A stretch of 64,000 bases of DNA from Octopus sinensis (GCF_006345805.1 NC_043000.1:19158001-19222000); one strand, 5' to 3'; numbered from the stretch's first letter, positions 13,257-25,311 are shown. Notes: generated by a model not told the origin, from the letters alone. Numbers and translations are program-made.

Positions 13257-13770
13257 CCTTAACTTTACAAATAAATGCATGAAATTTTGATACCACGTAA
13301 AGGACATAATGGAAATTAATATGCACAAGTCAAATTTTGCAACACCACTACATCACATATAAAATATGGCATCGCTTGAATGGCAGCCATTTTCGTCTAC
13401 GCACGCTCGACGAGCTCTTCCCAAGACATGCACCATAACACCTTCAAGAGTTTCAGACCCCACTTCTCTGATTTCTCTATTGATGTTCTCCTTCAGGTGC
13501 ACCAGGGTCTCCGGTTTGTTGACATAAACCCTCTGTTTCAGGTATCCCCGCAAGAAAAAAATTCGGGTTAGTCAAGTTTGGGGAATGTGAAGGCGAGTAG
13601 ATATTGCCGTAGCGGGAGATTATTCTCTCTCCAAAGAACTGCGGTAGCAACTGCATTGTTTCTCCTGCGGCATGAGCAGTTGCCCCATCTTGCTGGAACA
13701 ATGTGTGAGATTTACTTTGTAAAGTTTAAGGTAGTTATTGAAAACTGAAACCCATCAGTGACTTTTGGGA

Positions 13771-13772
<2 letters not shown>
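13257..13772 (-). pseudogene. Internally deleted Tc1/mariner-superfamily transposon (transposase C-terminus)
   Basis: Frameshifted FQQDGATAH...SPNLTNPNFFL...YLKQRVY motifs; partial inverted repeats at ~13257-13278 and ~13709-13731; right end abuts (TA)n. Confidence 0.75.
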
Positions 13773-13804
<32 letters not shown>

Positions 13805-13809
<5 letters not shown>

Positions 13810-13978
13810 TAATCCAAACAAGAAAACAAAAAGACAACAACGCAAGGATGTGGAACAAATAAAGTATTATTGGACGCTCAGGAAAGAAGGGAAGAAGGAG
13901 GGTTTGACGTTTCGAGCGGAGCTCTTCGTCGGAAACATGGGAGAAGGAAAGATCCCGAGACGGGAAGACAGAGGAAGA
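13805..13978 (-). mobile_element. Penelope-like pLTR fragment, family P1
   Basis: Embedded in (TA)n; homologous to 44272-44438 with the same 3' end (TTTGGATTAACYTT|ATAT); carries a minimal hammerhead. Confidence 0.7.
13902..13936 (-). ncRNA. Minimal type I hammerhead motif with U4C core
   Basis: GUUU CCGACGA A GAGC UCC GCUC GAAA CG UC AAAC. Confidence 0.65.
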
Positions 13979-14086
13979 TATATATATATACATATATATA
14001 TAACATACATATATATAAAGATATACTTCTTACATACATATATATATTATATACACACATACACATATATAAAAAGATATACTTCT

Positions 14087-14122
<36 letters not shown>

Positions 14123-14123
14123 G

Positions 14124-14171
<48 letters not shown>

Positions 14172-14339
14172 CGTGTGTGTGTGTGTATGTATATATATAT
14201 ATGTGTATATAAGAAAAATGAAAGGAATTAACAAGAAAATCAAACAACTTAAATACTGTCAGCAGCAACGCACTCATTCGATTGCCATTGCATGACTCGA
14301 ATCGAAAAAATACGACCCTCCAAAAAGTATGATGACCAT

Positions 14340-14900
14340 CGTTAACAGTCAAAGAGCAGCTGAGGAGAGTTGGGCCATTGAGAAAATAAGACTCAATCCC
14401 AAAATGTTCTTTTCATTTGCAAAAAAACAAACAACATAAAGACGCTGCTTCTACTGTTGGTCCTCTGGTTGATGCGAACAACACCTATTTCTTTATTACC
14501 CACAAGGGGCTAAACACAGAGGGGACAAACAAGGACAGACATAGGTATTAAGTCGATTACATCGACCCCAGTGCGTAACTGGTAATTAATTTATCGACCC
14601 CGAAAGGATGAAAGGCAAAGTTGACCTCGGCGGAATTTGAACTCAGAACGTAACGACAGACGAAATACCGCTAAGCATTTCGCCCGGCTCGCTAACGTTT
14701 CTACCAGCTCGCCACATGACGCAAAATCCATGTGCGTGATACTGCAGAGACAATACTGTTCTGTCTTCAGTAACCCTAATGCGGTTGATCTGGCTAGTAT
14801 CAGTGACGTAAACCCTCAACTAACCATATCTGACATAAGTTTTGGTGCCCCTGATAGATGTGTCGACATCAGATTGCACGCCTCTAGCTAAGATCGCATA
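14340..14900 (+). pseudogene. Decayed LINE ORF2 fragment (region between endonuclease and RT), interrupted by a SINE
   Basis: Translates to EESWAIEKIRLNPKMFFSFAK...VGPLVDANNT and resumes after the SINE as HDAKSMCVILQRQYCSVFSNP; resembles the NPKxF...GPL...SVF pattern of CR1/Jockey-group ORF2. Confidence 0.6.
14483..14713 (-). mobile_element. SINE family M, monomer
   Basis: Full head-to-tail match to 30482-30720; B-box-like GAGTTCAAATTCC. Confidence 0.88.
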
Positions 14901-14975
14901 CTGCACAGAGCGACTGAACTCGAGGCCACATGGTTAGGAAGCAAGTTTCCCAACCTCAAATTTGCGCTAGCGCCC

Positions 14976-15132
14976 ATACATACATACATACATACATACA
15001 TACATACATACATACATACATACATACGTACGTACGTACATACATACATGCATACATACATACATACATACATACATACATACATGCATACATACATACA
15101 TATATACATGCATACATGCATACATATATACA

Positions 15133-15168
<36 letters not shown>

Positions 15169-15510
15169 TACATACACACACATACATACATACATGCATA
15201 CGTACATACATACATACATACATACATACATGCATACATGCATACATACATACATACATACTACATACATACATACATAATACATACATACATACATACA
15301 TACATACATGCATACATGCATACATACATACATACATACATACATACATACATGCATACATACATACATACATACATATATATATGCATGTATGCATGAT
15401 GCATACATGCCGACATACGTACATACATACTTACATAGATGCATACATACGTATGTATGTAAATGTAAATGTATGTATGTATGTATGTATGTATGTATGT
15501 ATATATACAC
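14976..15510. repeat. Degenerate (CATA)n microsatellite, switching to (TATG)n at its right end
   Basis: About 530 bp of CATA/CATG variants. Confidence 0.95.
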
Positions 15511-15588
15511 ACACATACATCTTGTCATTTGCTTGAAAACCAGTGTATTTCTTTATATTCCTTATATTCAACTTATCAGTTCGATCAA

Positions 15589-16101
15589 TCTATATATATA
15601 AAACTGTAGTTGTGTGAGTGTCTGTCCCCTTCGATTTAGATTCCTAACTACTCCCACATTTTGCGGTGCAGTTTAACCAAATTCGGGTATCTTATAGTCG
15701 TGATTCGGGTATCTTATAGTCGTGATTCATAGCGCGTCTACGATGAGTCTACGATTTTAAAAATAATTTAACATCATTTTTTATTCCATTTTAATGCATA
15801 ATTTTTCGTGTGTCGATGGCGGCGGAGTTGGCGTCCACGCTCACGCCTGCACCTGTGTTGCTTCTCCCCCTTCTTCCCTCCCTCGTGAAGCTGTGGGGAA
15901 GGGAGTGTAAGGAATCAACGTCGTAAAGCGTTGTCAAGGAGACCAGCGTTCTTTTAGAACAACGACTTCATGGCTTGAAGACACCAAAACAGAAATGGCT
16001 AAGAAAGCCCGAATTGGCATCTATAAGGGAAGTACCTCTCTAAAAATGCTTATATAGTTATTTCCCTTACAAACCCGAGCAACGCCGGGCGATACTGCTA
16101 G
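15589..16101 (+). mobile_element. Non-autonomous Helitron, family H1 with extra internal segment
   Basis: A|TC start and CTAG|T end with subterminal hairpin; a GC-rich internal segment (~15810-16030) is absent from the other copies. Confidence 0.85.
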
Positions 16102-16272
16102 TATTTCATAAAATAAGGACCGGATTGAAGTACGAGTGGAGATCGGCCAACTGAAGCTCTTGTGGTCAAGCCCCAGGATTGTTGCAGTTAATTATTGAAA
16201 CCAGTAGAAGAATAAATGAATACTCATAAGGGTATGCGTGTGTTGTACTCTCCTCGTTTCTTTCTGCGTTCA

Positions 16273-16306
16273 TTTCTGTGGAAGAGCGTAGGCTCGAAAC
16301 GTTAAA
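16273..16306 (+). ncRNA. Minimal hammerhead motif in Penelope-like pLTR family P2 (core CUGUGGA)
   Basis: UUU CUGUGGA A GAGC GUAG GCUC GAAA CG UU AAA; flanks are homologous to ~20290-20400 on the minus strand. Confidence 0.5.
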
Positions 16307-17231
16307 GACATTTTTCATTTCCCGAGCGTTATACTAATACATCGGTATCTAATGAGATGGACGCGTCCTACGCTCCCATGAAAGTCATATGGAGCTAATT
16401 TGAGCTGTTGAGTACTTACAAGTACATACTGACAACATAATGTGAGAATGAATACAAGTTTTTTTTCATTTCATATTTGAATGTTATATCATCTAGGCAA
16501 ATATTTATATTATACACGTGTCACGGGTCAAATACTCAGAATGTACTAAATTTTTAAAGGCAATTAACATACTTTAGTTAAAAGAATAAATATACATATA
16601 GTATTTCTCTTCTTCGTATTTAACATAGGTCACACAGCTGGAGATTATTCCGGGTTAAATTTTTACTGAAGTGGAGAATTAATGTTACATGTATCCTCTA
16701 TAAATTCCGTTTTTTCTCCCCCGCAATATTTTAGTTATACTTGTTAGATCCGGAGGTGGAGCTTTATTCTAGATTGAAACCGAACGCCGCACAACCTGGT
16801 GGTTTTTAAGTACGACTTGAAAATAAATATGTACAGCGAATCCCATTTTGTAATGTTTTGTTTTTCTAGACACACTTAGTGATGACACTACTCGTGTTGC
16901 TTGCAGAAGTATGTCCAGATGGTACCTATTAGTTGGAGAGTGAAGGCGCGTGGTTTAGTAGTTAGAGTACTCGGCTCAAGGTCGTGAGTTCGATTCACGG
17001 CAGTACGTTATGTCTGAGCAAAACAATTTATTTCACTTTGCAGCAGTCCACTCAGCAAAAATGGGTAGTACCTGTATTTCAACGGACCAGCCTTGACACA
17101 TTCTATATCACACTGTGGACGCCCCCAGACGATGAAGTAGGCTAGCCCTATACGTAGATATAGAGGGAGAAGCCTAGACGTCAAGATCACAGCAGCCTAG
17201 AAAAGAGTAGAGTGGTGTCAAATGAATCAAC

Positions 17232-17619
17232 GTGGAGGCGCAATGGCCCAGTGGTTAGGGCAGCGGACTCGCGGTCATAGGATCGCGGTTTCGATTTCCA
17301 GACTGGGCGTTGTGAGTGTTTATTGAGCGAAAACACCTAAAGCTCCACGAGGCTCCGGCAGGGATGGTGGTGATCCCTGCTGTACTCTTTCACCACAACT
17401 TTCTCTCACTCTTACTTCCTGTTTCTTGTGTACCTGTATTTCAAAGGGCCGGCCTTGTCACTCTCTGTGTCACACTGAATATCCCCGAGAACTACGTTAA
17501 GGGTACACGTGTCTGTGGAGTGCTCAGCCACTTACACGTTAATTTCACGAGCAGGCTGTTCCGTTGATTCGGATCAACCGGAACCCTCGTCGTCGTACCC
17601 GACGGAGTGCTTCCATCCA
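17232..17619 (+). mobile_element. SINE family R1, full length
   Basis: A and B boxes, (TTCCA/TCCA) tail, 14-bp TSD TCAAATGAATCAAC at 17218-17231 and 17620-17633. Confidence 0.93.
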
Positions 17620-18266
17620 TCAAATGAATCAACATCGTGTTACTCCGTTGTTTTAAGTGAGAATAGTGAAGTAGCCCAGCCTTCTGAGTCTCATTTCGGA
17701 GAAGGGCAGCCTTGTGTCTCGAAGAAGCAGAGACAATATACCGATCTAACTGACTAAAACCATGCGTGTGTGGTTAGGTTATCCCTCCAGCGACGTGGTT
17801 TTAGGTTCAGTCCCATTGCACAGCATTTTGGCCTAGTGTCTTCTACTTTAGCTCAGGACCGATAAATACTTTATGAATGAATTTGGTGGAAGGAAGCTAT
17901 GTGGATGCTTGCCATACATACTTTCATGGACACACAGACACACGTACACACATTTATATATACATATATAAGTATGTGTGTATATAATTGTACCCGTGTC
18001 CTTGTGTGTTCCCACCACTACTTGACAACCGCTCTCAGTTTATTTATGTCCTCGTTACTTAGCGTTTCGGCCTAAGTGATCAATAGAACACACAAAAAAT
18101 TTGAATACTGGGGGTCGATTTGACCAACCAAACCCTGCAAGGTGGAGCCTCATCATGACTGTAGTCCATGGACTGAAACAAATAAAAGAATACAGTCTTC
18201 TCTTTGAATTCCGACTTAGAAAACTTTATGTGTTATTGTCGAAGAATGGCTTTTTTATTTTGCTTG

Positions 18267-18496
18267 TACTCTTTTACTTGTTTCAGTCATTTGACTGCGG
18301 CCATGCTGGAGCACCACCTTTAGTCAAGCAGATCGACCCCAGGACTTATTCTTTGGAAGCCTAGTACTTATTCTATCGGTCTCTTGTTACCGAACCGCTA
18401 AGTTACGGGGACGTAAACACACCACCATCGGTTGTCAAGCGATGTTTGAAGGGGACAAACACAGAAACACAAACACACACACACACACACACACAT

Positions 18497-18548
<52 letters not shown>

Positions 18549-18693
18549 GACGGGCTTCTTTCAGTTTCCGTCTACCAAATATACTCACGAGGCTATAGTA
18601 GAAGATGCTTGCCCAAGGTGCCACGCAGTAGGAATGAACCCGGAACCATGTAGTTCGTAAGCAAGTTACTTACCACACAGCCACGCCTGCGCC
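18267..18693 (-). mobile_element. SINE family T
   Basis: Reverse complement of 8832-9259. Confidence 0.85.
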
Positions 18694-18821
18694 TAGCTAT
18701 TTGTGTATAAGCATCATTTAAATATAATTTTTAGCTTAACTAAAAAGAGGAAGGACTGTGTATATCAGCTATTAGCACTTAGTTTTTTCCACGTTAGACA
18801 ATCAATGTTAGCTTCATGAGT

Positions 18822-19480
18822 ATATACAAAATGTATTTCAGAAGTTTTTAAACTTTTTCAGGAGACACATTTATTAATTTCAAAGAAATACAGAACTCTA
18901 GTCTCCTTCAAAGTTGGGTTCTCTCATTTCAGCGCACTTGTTATAACGCTCCAGCCACTTCGTGAAGGCCCCAAGAAAAGCTACCAACGAACGTAAAGGT
19001 ATCCGAAACCCTTGTCGCAGCCTTTATCTTCAAAACGACTGCACCTGAGGTTCTCCTTCAACTTGGAAAACAACCAAAATTCAGATCGAGCAAGGTCTGG
19101 ACTGTAGGGTTGGTGAGGGACTATTTTGATACTCATCCCTGTCAAGTAGTTGGTTACCAGGATGCTCGTTACTGAATACCCTGGGAACAAACTTTGCACA
19201 AAATTTGCGCATGTTGATATCTTTAAGAATAATTCTGTGTACAGATGCCTCGCCAACTCCAAACTGTACGGTTATTGTCTTTGTAGTCACACAACGGTTG
19301 TCATCTAGAAAATTACGAATCTGATTTTCTGGCATCCCTCTCCCGCCTATATTTCTCATCGTCCCTCACCTCCTCACTACCGTTCTTGAAGCACTTGTGC
19401 CAGCAGAAAAGCTAATCCATAAGCATCTGGAGCATTTCGTGGAGTTTCGGTAGCATTTTTGCCAAGTTTAACGCAAAACC
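18822..19480 (-). pseudogene. Decayed, deleted mariner transposase
   Basis: KFCAKFVPRVF (WVPHEL-type motif) and PHQPYSPDLARSEFWLFSKLK (YSPDL motif) in different frames. Boundaries approximate. Confidence 0.75.
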
Positions 19481-20350
19481 TTATTGCATAGCGAGATTCC
19501 AAACGTTCCGACTGCATTCTGCCTGGCTAGGCTTGAAAAGGGTGACGTTTTTTATGTGTCGCAGTTACTAGCGTTCACTATTTTATTAAAACGTAAAAGT
19601 ACTTGTCAAAAAAATGAAAAAGAAAACAAAATGAAGTAAATTGGATGTATCAAAAGCTCTTACTTGACGCATCTGTTCGATCATAAGCAGCAACTGACGC
19701 CTGCAAAATAAAGAAAAAATATTTCTGTATTCAACATGTGCACACTTTCCTTGTTTCTTTATTCGATAGTTTTCTGTTTCCCTACATGATATTTTATCAA
19801 AATCTTAGTAGTTCGGCAAAAGAACTGAAAGGATAGTATCAAAGTTTAATAATAAATAATTACTGTGGTTGATTTGCTTGACTAAATCTATCAAGATGAT
19901 GCCTCAGTATCGCCACAGTCTAATGACAGAAACACGTAAAAGAATAAAATAAGAATATACAACTAACACGGGCTCGGATTTAATAGTTATAGCTGTTCCA
20001 AATTATAATACAACTAGCATGGCCGTGTCGGCAAAGATGCCGACAGTTTTATTAATGATAGAAAATGGCACATCAACCCAATGGGGAAATCCATTAATAA
20101 ATGTCAGCAATCTAGTAAATGTATGTACATACACAGAATTGAAGGATCAGATGCGATTATAATGTCTCAGTTGAAAATATCACCCACATAAGTTATGTTT
20201 TTGTGTGTGTGTATGTATGTGTGAATGTGTGTGTGTGTGTGTGTGTGTGCGTGTGTGTAGTTCATATTCATAGAAAGACAAAAGACGAAGACAGGTGCAG
20301 GAACAACAAGCAGGTGTGTTAGTTTAGCGCTCGGGAAAAATGGAAATGTC

Positions 20351-20384
20351 TTTTACGTTTCGAGCCTACGCTCTTCGACAGAAA
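20351..20384 (-). ncRNA. Minimal hammerhead motif in pLTR family P2 (core CUGUCGA)
   Basis: UUU CUGUCGA A GAGC GUAG GCUC GAAA CG UA AAA. Confidence 0.55.
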
Positions 20385-20898
20385 TGAATAAGAAGGAAAA
20401 AATGGAGAGAGAATGAAAAGAAAACGGACACACAAACGTATGCACATATATATATACACATATATAGACATATAACTACATATAAGCATACATATATACA
20501 TACATATATTCGTACATGCTCTTGATCTGGCCGTTGTCCGTGCAACATCGATATTCCTCCCTGTGTTTGTGAAATCTTGGATCCCCTCTGCCGTAAGTCT
20601 CAATGTTACTTTAGTAGTATACATTTTGTTGGCCCTTGTGAGATGAAAGTCAAAGCTCACCTCGGGTGGTTTTGAAGTTAAAACGTAAATGGCCCTCACT
20701 AAAATACTGAAAGTTATTTTGCTCGGTCCTCTGCTATCTCTACCAGATCACAATCAATTGGAATGAATTATAGATTTGGTACAGTTTATCTCAGGCAGCT
20801 TTGAAATCAGAATGCAAATTACGATTAACTTAAATAACGTAAATGATTTTGTTCTGATTCTACAAACTTAACATTTTTCATTGAAAAATAATCATATA

Positions 20899-21061
20899 GG
20901 CGCAGGAGTGGCTGTGTGGTAAGTAGCTTGCTTACCAACCACATGGTTCCGGGTTCAGTCTCACTGCGTGGCACCTTGGGCAAATGTCTTCTACTATAGC
21001 CTCGGGCCGACCAAAGCCCTGTGAGTGGATTTGGCAGACGGAAACTGAAAGAAGCCCATCG

Positions 21062-21094
<33 letters not shown>

Positions 21095-21310
21095 TTGTGT
21101 GTCTGTGTTTGTCTCCCCAACATCGCTTGACAACCGATGCTGGTGTGTTTACGTCCCCGTAACTTAGCGGTTCGGCAAAAGTGACCGATAGAATAAGTAC
21201 TAGGCTTACAAAGAATAAGTCCTGGGGTCGATTTGCTCGACTAAAGACGGTGCTTCAGCATGGCCGCAATCAAATGACTGAAACAAGTAAAAGAGTAAAG
21301 AGTAAAAGAG
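20899..21310 (+). mobile_element. SINE family T, full length
   Basis: Same head, body and tail as 8832-9259. Confidence 0.9.
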
Positions 21311-21697
21311 AGAGTATTTCATCCAATATTAATTCCGTTGCAGCAACCAACTGGTAATATTTTCAGAATTTGTAGAATTATATTTGATTGTATTAGCATG
21401 AATGTACGGAATAACGAAAATTAAAATATCACTCATATACAAATGAAAATGTATCTCTCTTCAGTAATAACGATATATGTCAAGGTGACATATAGTCATA
21501 AATTCCAGTTTACAGAGATATCATTTCGTACAGAAAATTGCAAACCTTTGTAAACCTACGCATTGGTACGCAATATAGACAGACAGACATACACAAACAT
21601 ATACAGGTGTGAATATGTTCTTATATACATTTGCATTTGCGTATTTCGTTTTATCTTCATATATGTTTCTTTTTAGATAAGTATGTATGCGTGTGGG

Positions 21698-21778
<81 letters not shown>

Positions 21779-22637
21779 CGTCTGCATATATTTATATATA
21801 TGTATATACAATGTATGTGTGAATATATGTATATGTGTATATATGAAATATGTGTGTGTGTGTGTGCGTATGTGTGTAAATGTGCGTGTGTATAATATAT
21901 AAATACATCAACATATGCTATCGTAAAATATCATTTAGATTAATGGCAGAGGAGTAGCCTGGTTGTTTTACAGCCAATATTCATACAACATTCTTCTTAA
22001 ATTTCTTGCAAGCGGCCTACTTTGATACGATGTATCTCGTTAGATTTCCGGCTAATCTGTATTAATCTTAAACTGCCGGTTATATTAAGAAACAGAATCA
22101 CATTGACGGATATAAACACTTTCAACATACTCCCTGAATTATACATAGATTATATATCTCTGATGAAATGTAATCTGTCTGATGAGAAACGTTGCAGTCT
22201 TCCTCTCAGTTTAAATGTCTTGAAACGGGAATGACTCAGTTGATGCTTCAGCCCTTGATAACACATCTAAAACTATCCACATATAATAAATTATAACTGT
22301 ACGCTGTAATGTATTTTATATGTGGTCTCCTCGACTGGAAGCGATCTTAAAAGAAGTAAAAGTACAACATCGATTTTCCGGAATCTCTGATTCCTCAGTC
22401 TTTCTGGATTATTCTTTAATTCTTTTACTTGGTCAGTCATTTGACTGCGGTCATGTTAGAGCACTGCCTTGGAGGGTTTTAGTCGAACAAATCGACTCCA
22501 GGATATTTTTTAAAGCCTAGTGCTTATTCTAGCGGTCTCTTTTGACGAACCTCTAAGTTACGGGGGACGTAAACACACCAACACCAGTTGTCAAGCCGTG
22601 ATGGTGGGGACAAGCACAGATACAAAGATACACACAT

Positions 22638-23155
22638 ATGCAGGGAGTATCAGCAAAATTGTCTAAATTTTAGATTCAGCTTCGAACCTTTGTACCTCAG
22701 GAACACTTAAAGATAACTTAATGCAATTATTAGATACTTTATCCAACACTATTGGACTCTACTTTGAGCAAGAAAAATTATTGAATACTCTCCAAGCTTA
22801 CCAGAAGGATCGTGATGAAGTTGATCATGGACGAAAATGACATAAATAATTGACCATAGCTCAGGATTGAGAGCTCAAAAAGGATTGGAATAGAGTTCGA
22901 ATAGAGGCTTAAAGTTTTATTTCAAAGTGCTAGAAACAATTCTGGCAGAAATTCTACCTGTTAGACATCAAAAGTTGCTTCTATTTTCACAATGACTTCC
23001 TTAACTCTCTTCCTGACTGCCCCACAAGCTTTCTTAATGTCTTCCTCCAACGTCCTACGGATGAAGTATTTGAGAGCTTGCAGGTTTTTGTGGGGATTCT
23101 CACAAACTTTTCTGACCAGTTCGTTCCAGAAGCTAAAGTCTAAAGGGTTCAAATT
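22638..23155 (-). pseudogene. Tc1/mariner-superfamily 3' remnant, truncated at the (TA)n carrying array B
   Basis: NPLDFSFWNELVRKVCENPHKNLQALK matches a transposase C-terminus. Left boundary approximate. Confidence 0.6.
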
Positions 23156-23172
23156 ATATATATGCGCGCGTG

Positions 23173-23221
<49 letters not shown>

Positions 23222-23224
<3 letters not shown>

Positions 23225-25311
23225 AGTTTAACAATTAAGGATAATCTCTTAATAAGGGATCTTAACAAGAAATTATCGGGTAGCTAGCGTGAAAACCTCA
23301 TAAAAGAAAAGAATTCGAAAATAATTTTTTTCTTTTGAACAAATTAATTATATCTATATTGTATAGAGGGCATTATTACACATAAATGCCTCACACTAGG
23401 AGGGACAAAGTCATTACTACCAAAATTATACTAATCATACCCAAATGCAGTTTTTCAAAGCAAGACATTTAAAAAAATGAATTTAGTTCTGTATCACCGT
23501 GATTTCACATTCAACTTTACGTCTAATGATCGTCAGCAGAACTGATTCTGAACACATCATTTACCGGATATATGATTTATATATGATTTATAAACATTCC
23601 ATGTGCTGGCCGGAGTGAGCAGTTGTCTGTTTGTCTTCGCTACGTAAGGTTGGTAGTTTATTTATGATGTGTTCAGAATCAGTTCTGCTGACGATCATTA
23701 GACGTAAAGTTGAATGTGAAATCACGGTGATACAGAACTAAATTCATTTTTTTAAATGTCTTGCTTTGAAAAACTGCATTTGGGTATGATTAGTATAATT
23801 TTGGTAGTAATGACTTTGTCCCTCCTAGTGTGAGGCATTTATGTGTAATAATGCCCTCTATACAATATAGATATAATTAATTTGTTCAAAAGAAAAAAAT
23901 TATTTTCGAATTCTTTTCTTTTATGAGGTTTTCACGCTAGCTACCCGATAATTTCTTGTTAAGATCCCTTATTAAGAGATTATCCTTAATTGTTAAACTT
24001 ATTCGAAATACTTTTCATTACCCGACATGCAGTTCGTAAAAAGCCCGCCATTTACCGGATATATGATTTATAAACATTCCATGTGCTTGGCCGGAGTGAG
24101 CAGTTGTCTGTTTGTCTTCGCTACGTAAGGTTGGTAGTTTATTTATGATGTGTTCAGAATCAGTTCTGCTGACGATCATTAGACGTAAAGTTGAATGTGA
24201 AATCACGGTGATACAGAACTAATTCATTTTTTTAAATGTCTTGCTTTGAAAAACTGCATTTGGGTATGATTAGTATAATTTTGGTAGTAATGACTTTGTC
24301 CCTCCTAGTGTGAGGCATTTATGTGTAATAATGCCCTCTATACAATATAGATATAATTAATTTGTTCAAAAGAAAAAAATTATTTTCGAATTCTTTTCTT
24401 TTATGAGGTTTTCACGCTAGCTACCCGATAATTTCTTGTTAAGATCCCTTATTAAGAGATTATCCTTAATTGTTAAACTTATTCCGAAATACTTTTCATT
24501 ACCCGACATGCAGTTCGTAAAAACCCCGCCATTTACCGGATATATGATTTATAAACATTCCATGTGCTTGGCCGGAGTGAGCAGTTGTCTGTTTGTCTTC
24601 GCTACGTAAGGTTGGTAGTTTATTTATGATGTGTTCAGAATCAGTTCTGCTGACGATCATTAGACGTAAAGTTGAATGTGAAATCACGGTGATACAGAAC
24701 TAAATTCATTTTTTTAAATGTCTTGCTTTGAAAAACTGCATTTGGGTATGATTAGTATAATTTTGGTAGTAATGACTTTGTCCCTCCTAGTGTGAGGCAT
24801 TTATGTGTAATAATGCCCTCTATACAATATAGATATAATTAATTTGTTCAAAAGAAAAAAATTATTTTCGAATTCTTTTCTTTTATGAGGTTTTCACGCT
24901 AGCTACCCGATAATTTCTTGTTAAGATCCCTTATTAAGAGATTATCCTTAATTGTTAAACTTATTCCGAAATACTTTTCATTACCCGACATGCAGTTCGT
25001 AAAAAGCCCGCCATTTACCGGATATATGATTTATAAACATTCCATGTGCTTGGCCGGAGTGAGCAGTTGTCTGTTTGTCTTCGCTACGTAAGGTTGGTAG
25101 TTTATTTATGATGTGTTCAGAATCCGTTCTGCTGACGATCATTAGACGAAAGTTGAATGTGAAATCACGGTGATACAGAACTAAATTCATTTTTTTAAAT
25201 GTCTTGCTTTGAAAAACTGCATTGGGTATGATTAGTATAATTTTGGTAGTAATGACTTTGTCCCTCCTAGTGTGAGGCATTTATGTGTAATAATGCCCTC
25301 TATACAATATA
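23222..25311 (+). mobile_element. Array B: ~481-bp tandem repeat with hammerhead ribozyme plus 339-bp inverted arm (retrozyme-like)
   Basis: Inverted arm 23222-23560, then ~3.6 direct units 23558-25311 (periods 480 and 482); (TA)n on both sides; one hammerhead per unit. Confidence 0.9.
24162..24220 (+). ncRNA. Type I hammerhead ribozyme of array B (also at 23681-23739, 24643-24701, 25125-25182 on +; 23485-23543 on -)
   Basis: AGUUCUG CUGACGA U CAUU a GAC guaaa GUU g AAUG U GAAA UCA cgg UGA UA CAGAACU: 7-bp stem I, canonical core, AUA triplet, cut predicted after 24213. Confidence 0.88.

Noticed and set aside
17232-17310. tRNA genes
   Set aside because: A/B boxes belong to SINE heads followed by SINE bodies, tails and TSDs; I could not fold a full cloverleaf.
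22159-22195. Hammerhead from CTGATGA...GAAACGTT
   Set aside because: No pairable stem II or stem I.
23222-25311. CRISPR-like array
   Set aside because: Units are contiguous identical ~481-bp repeats with no unique spacers, in a eukaryotic context.
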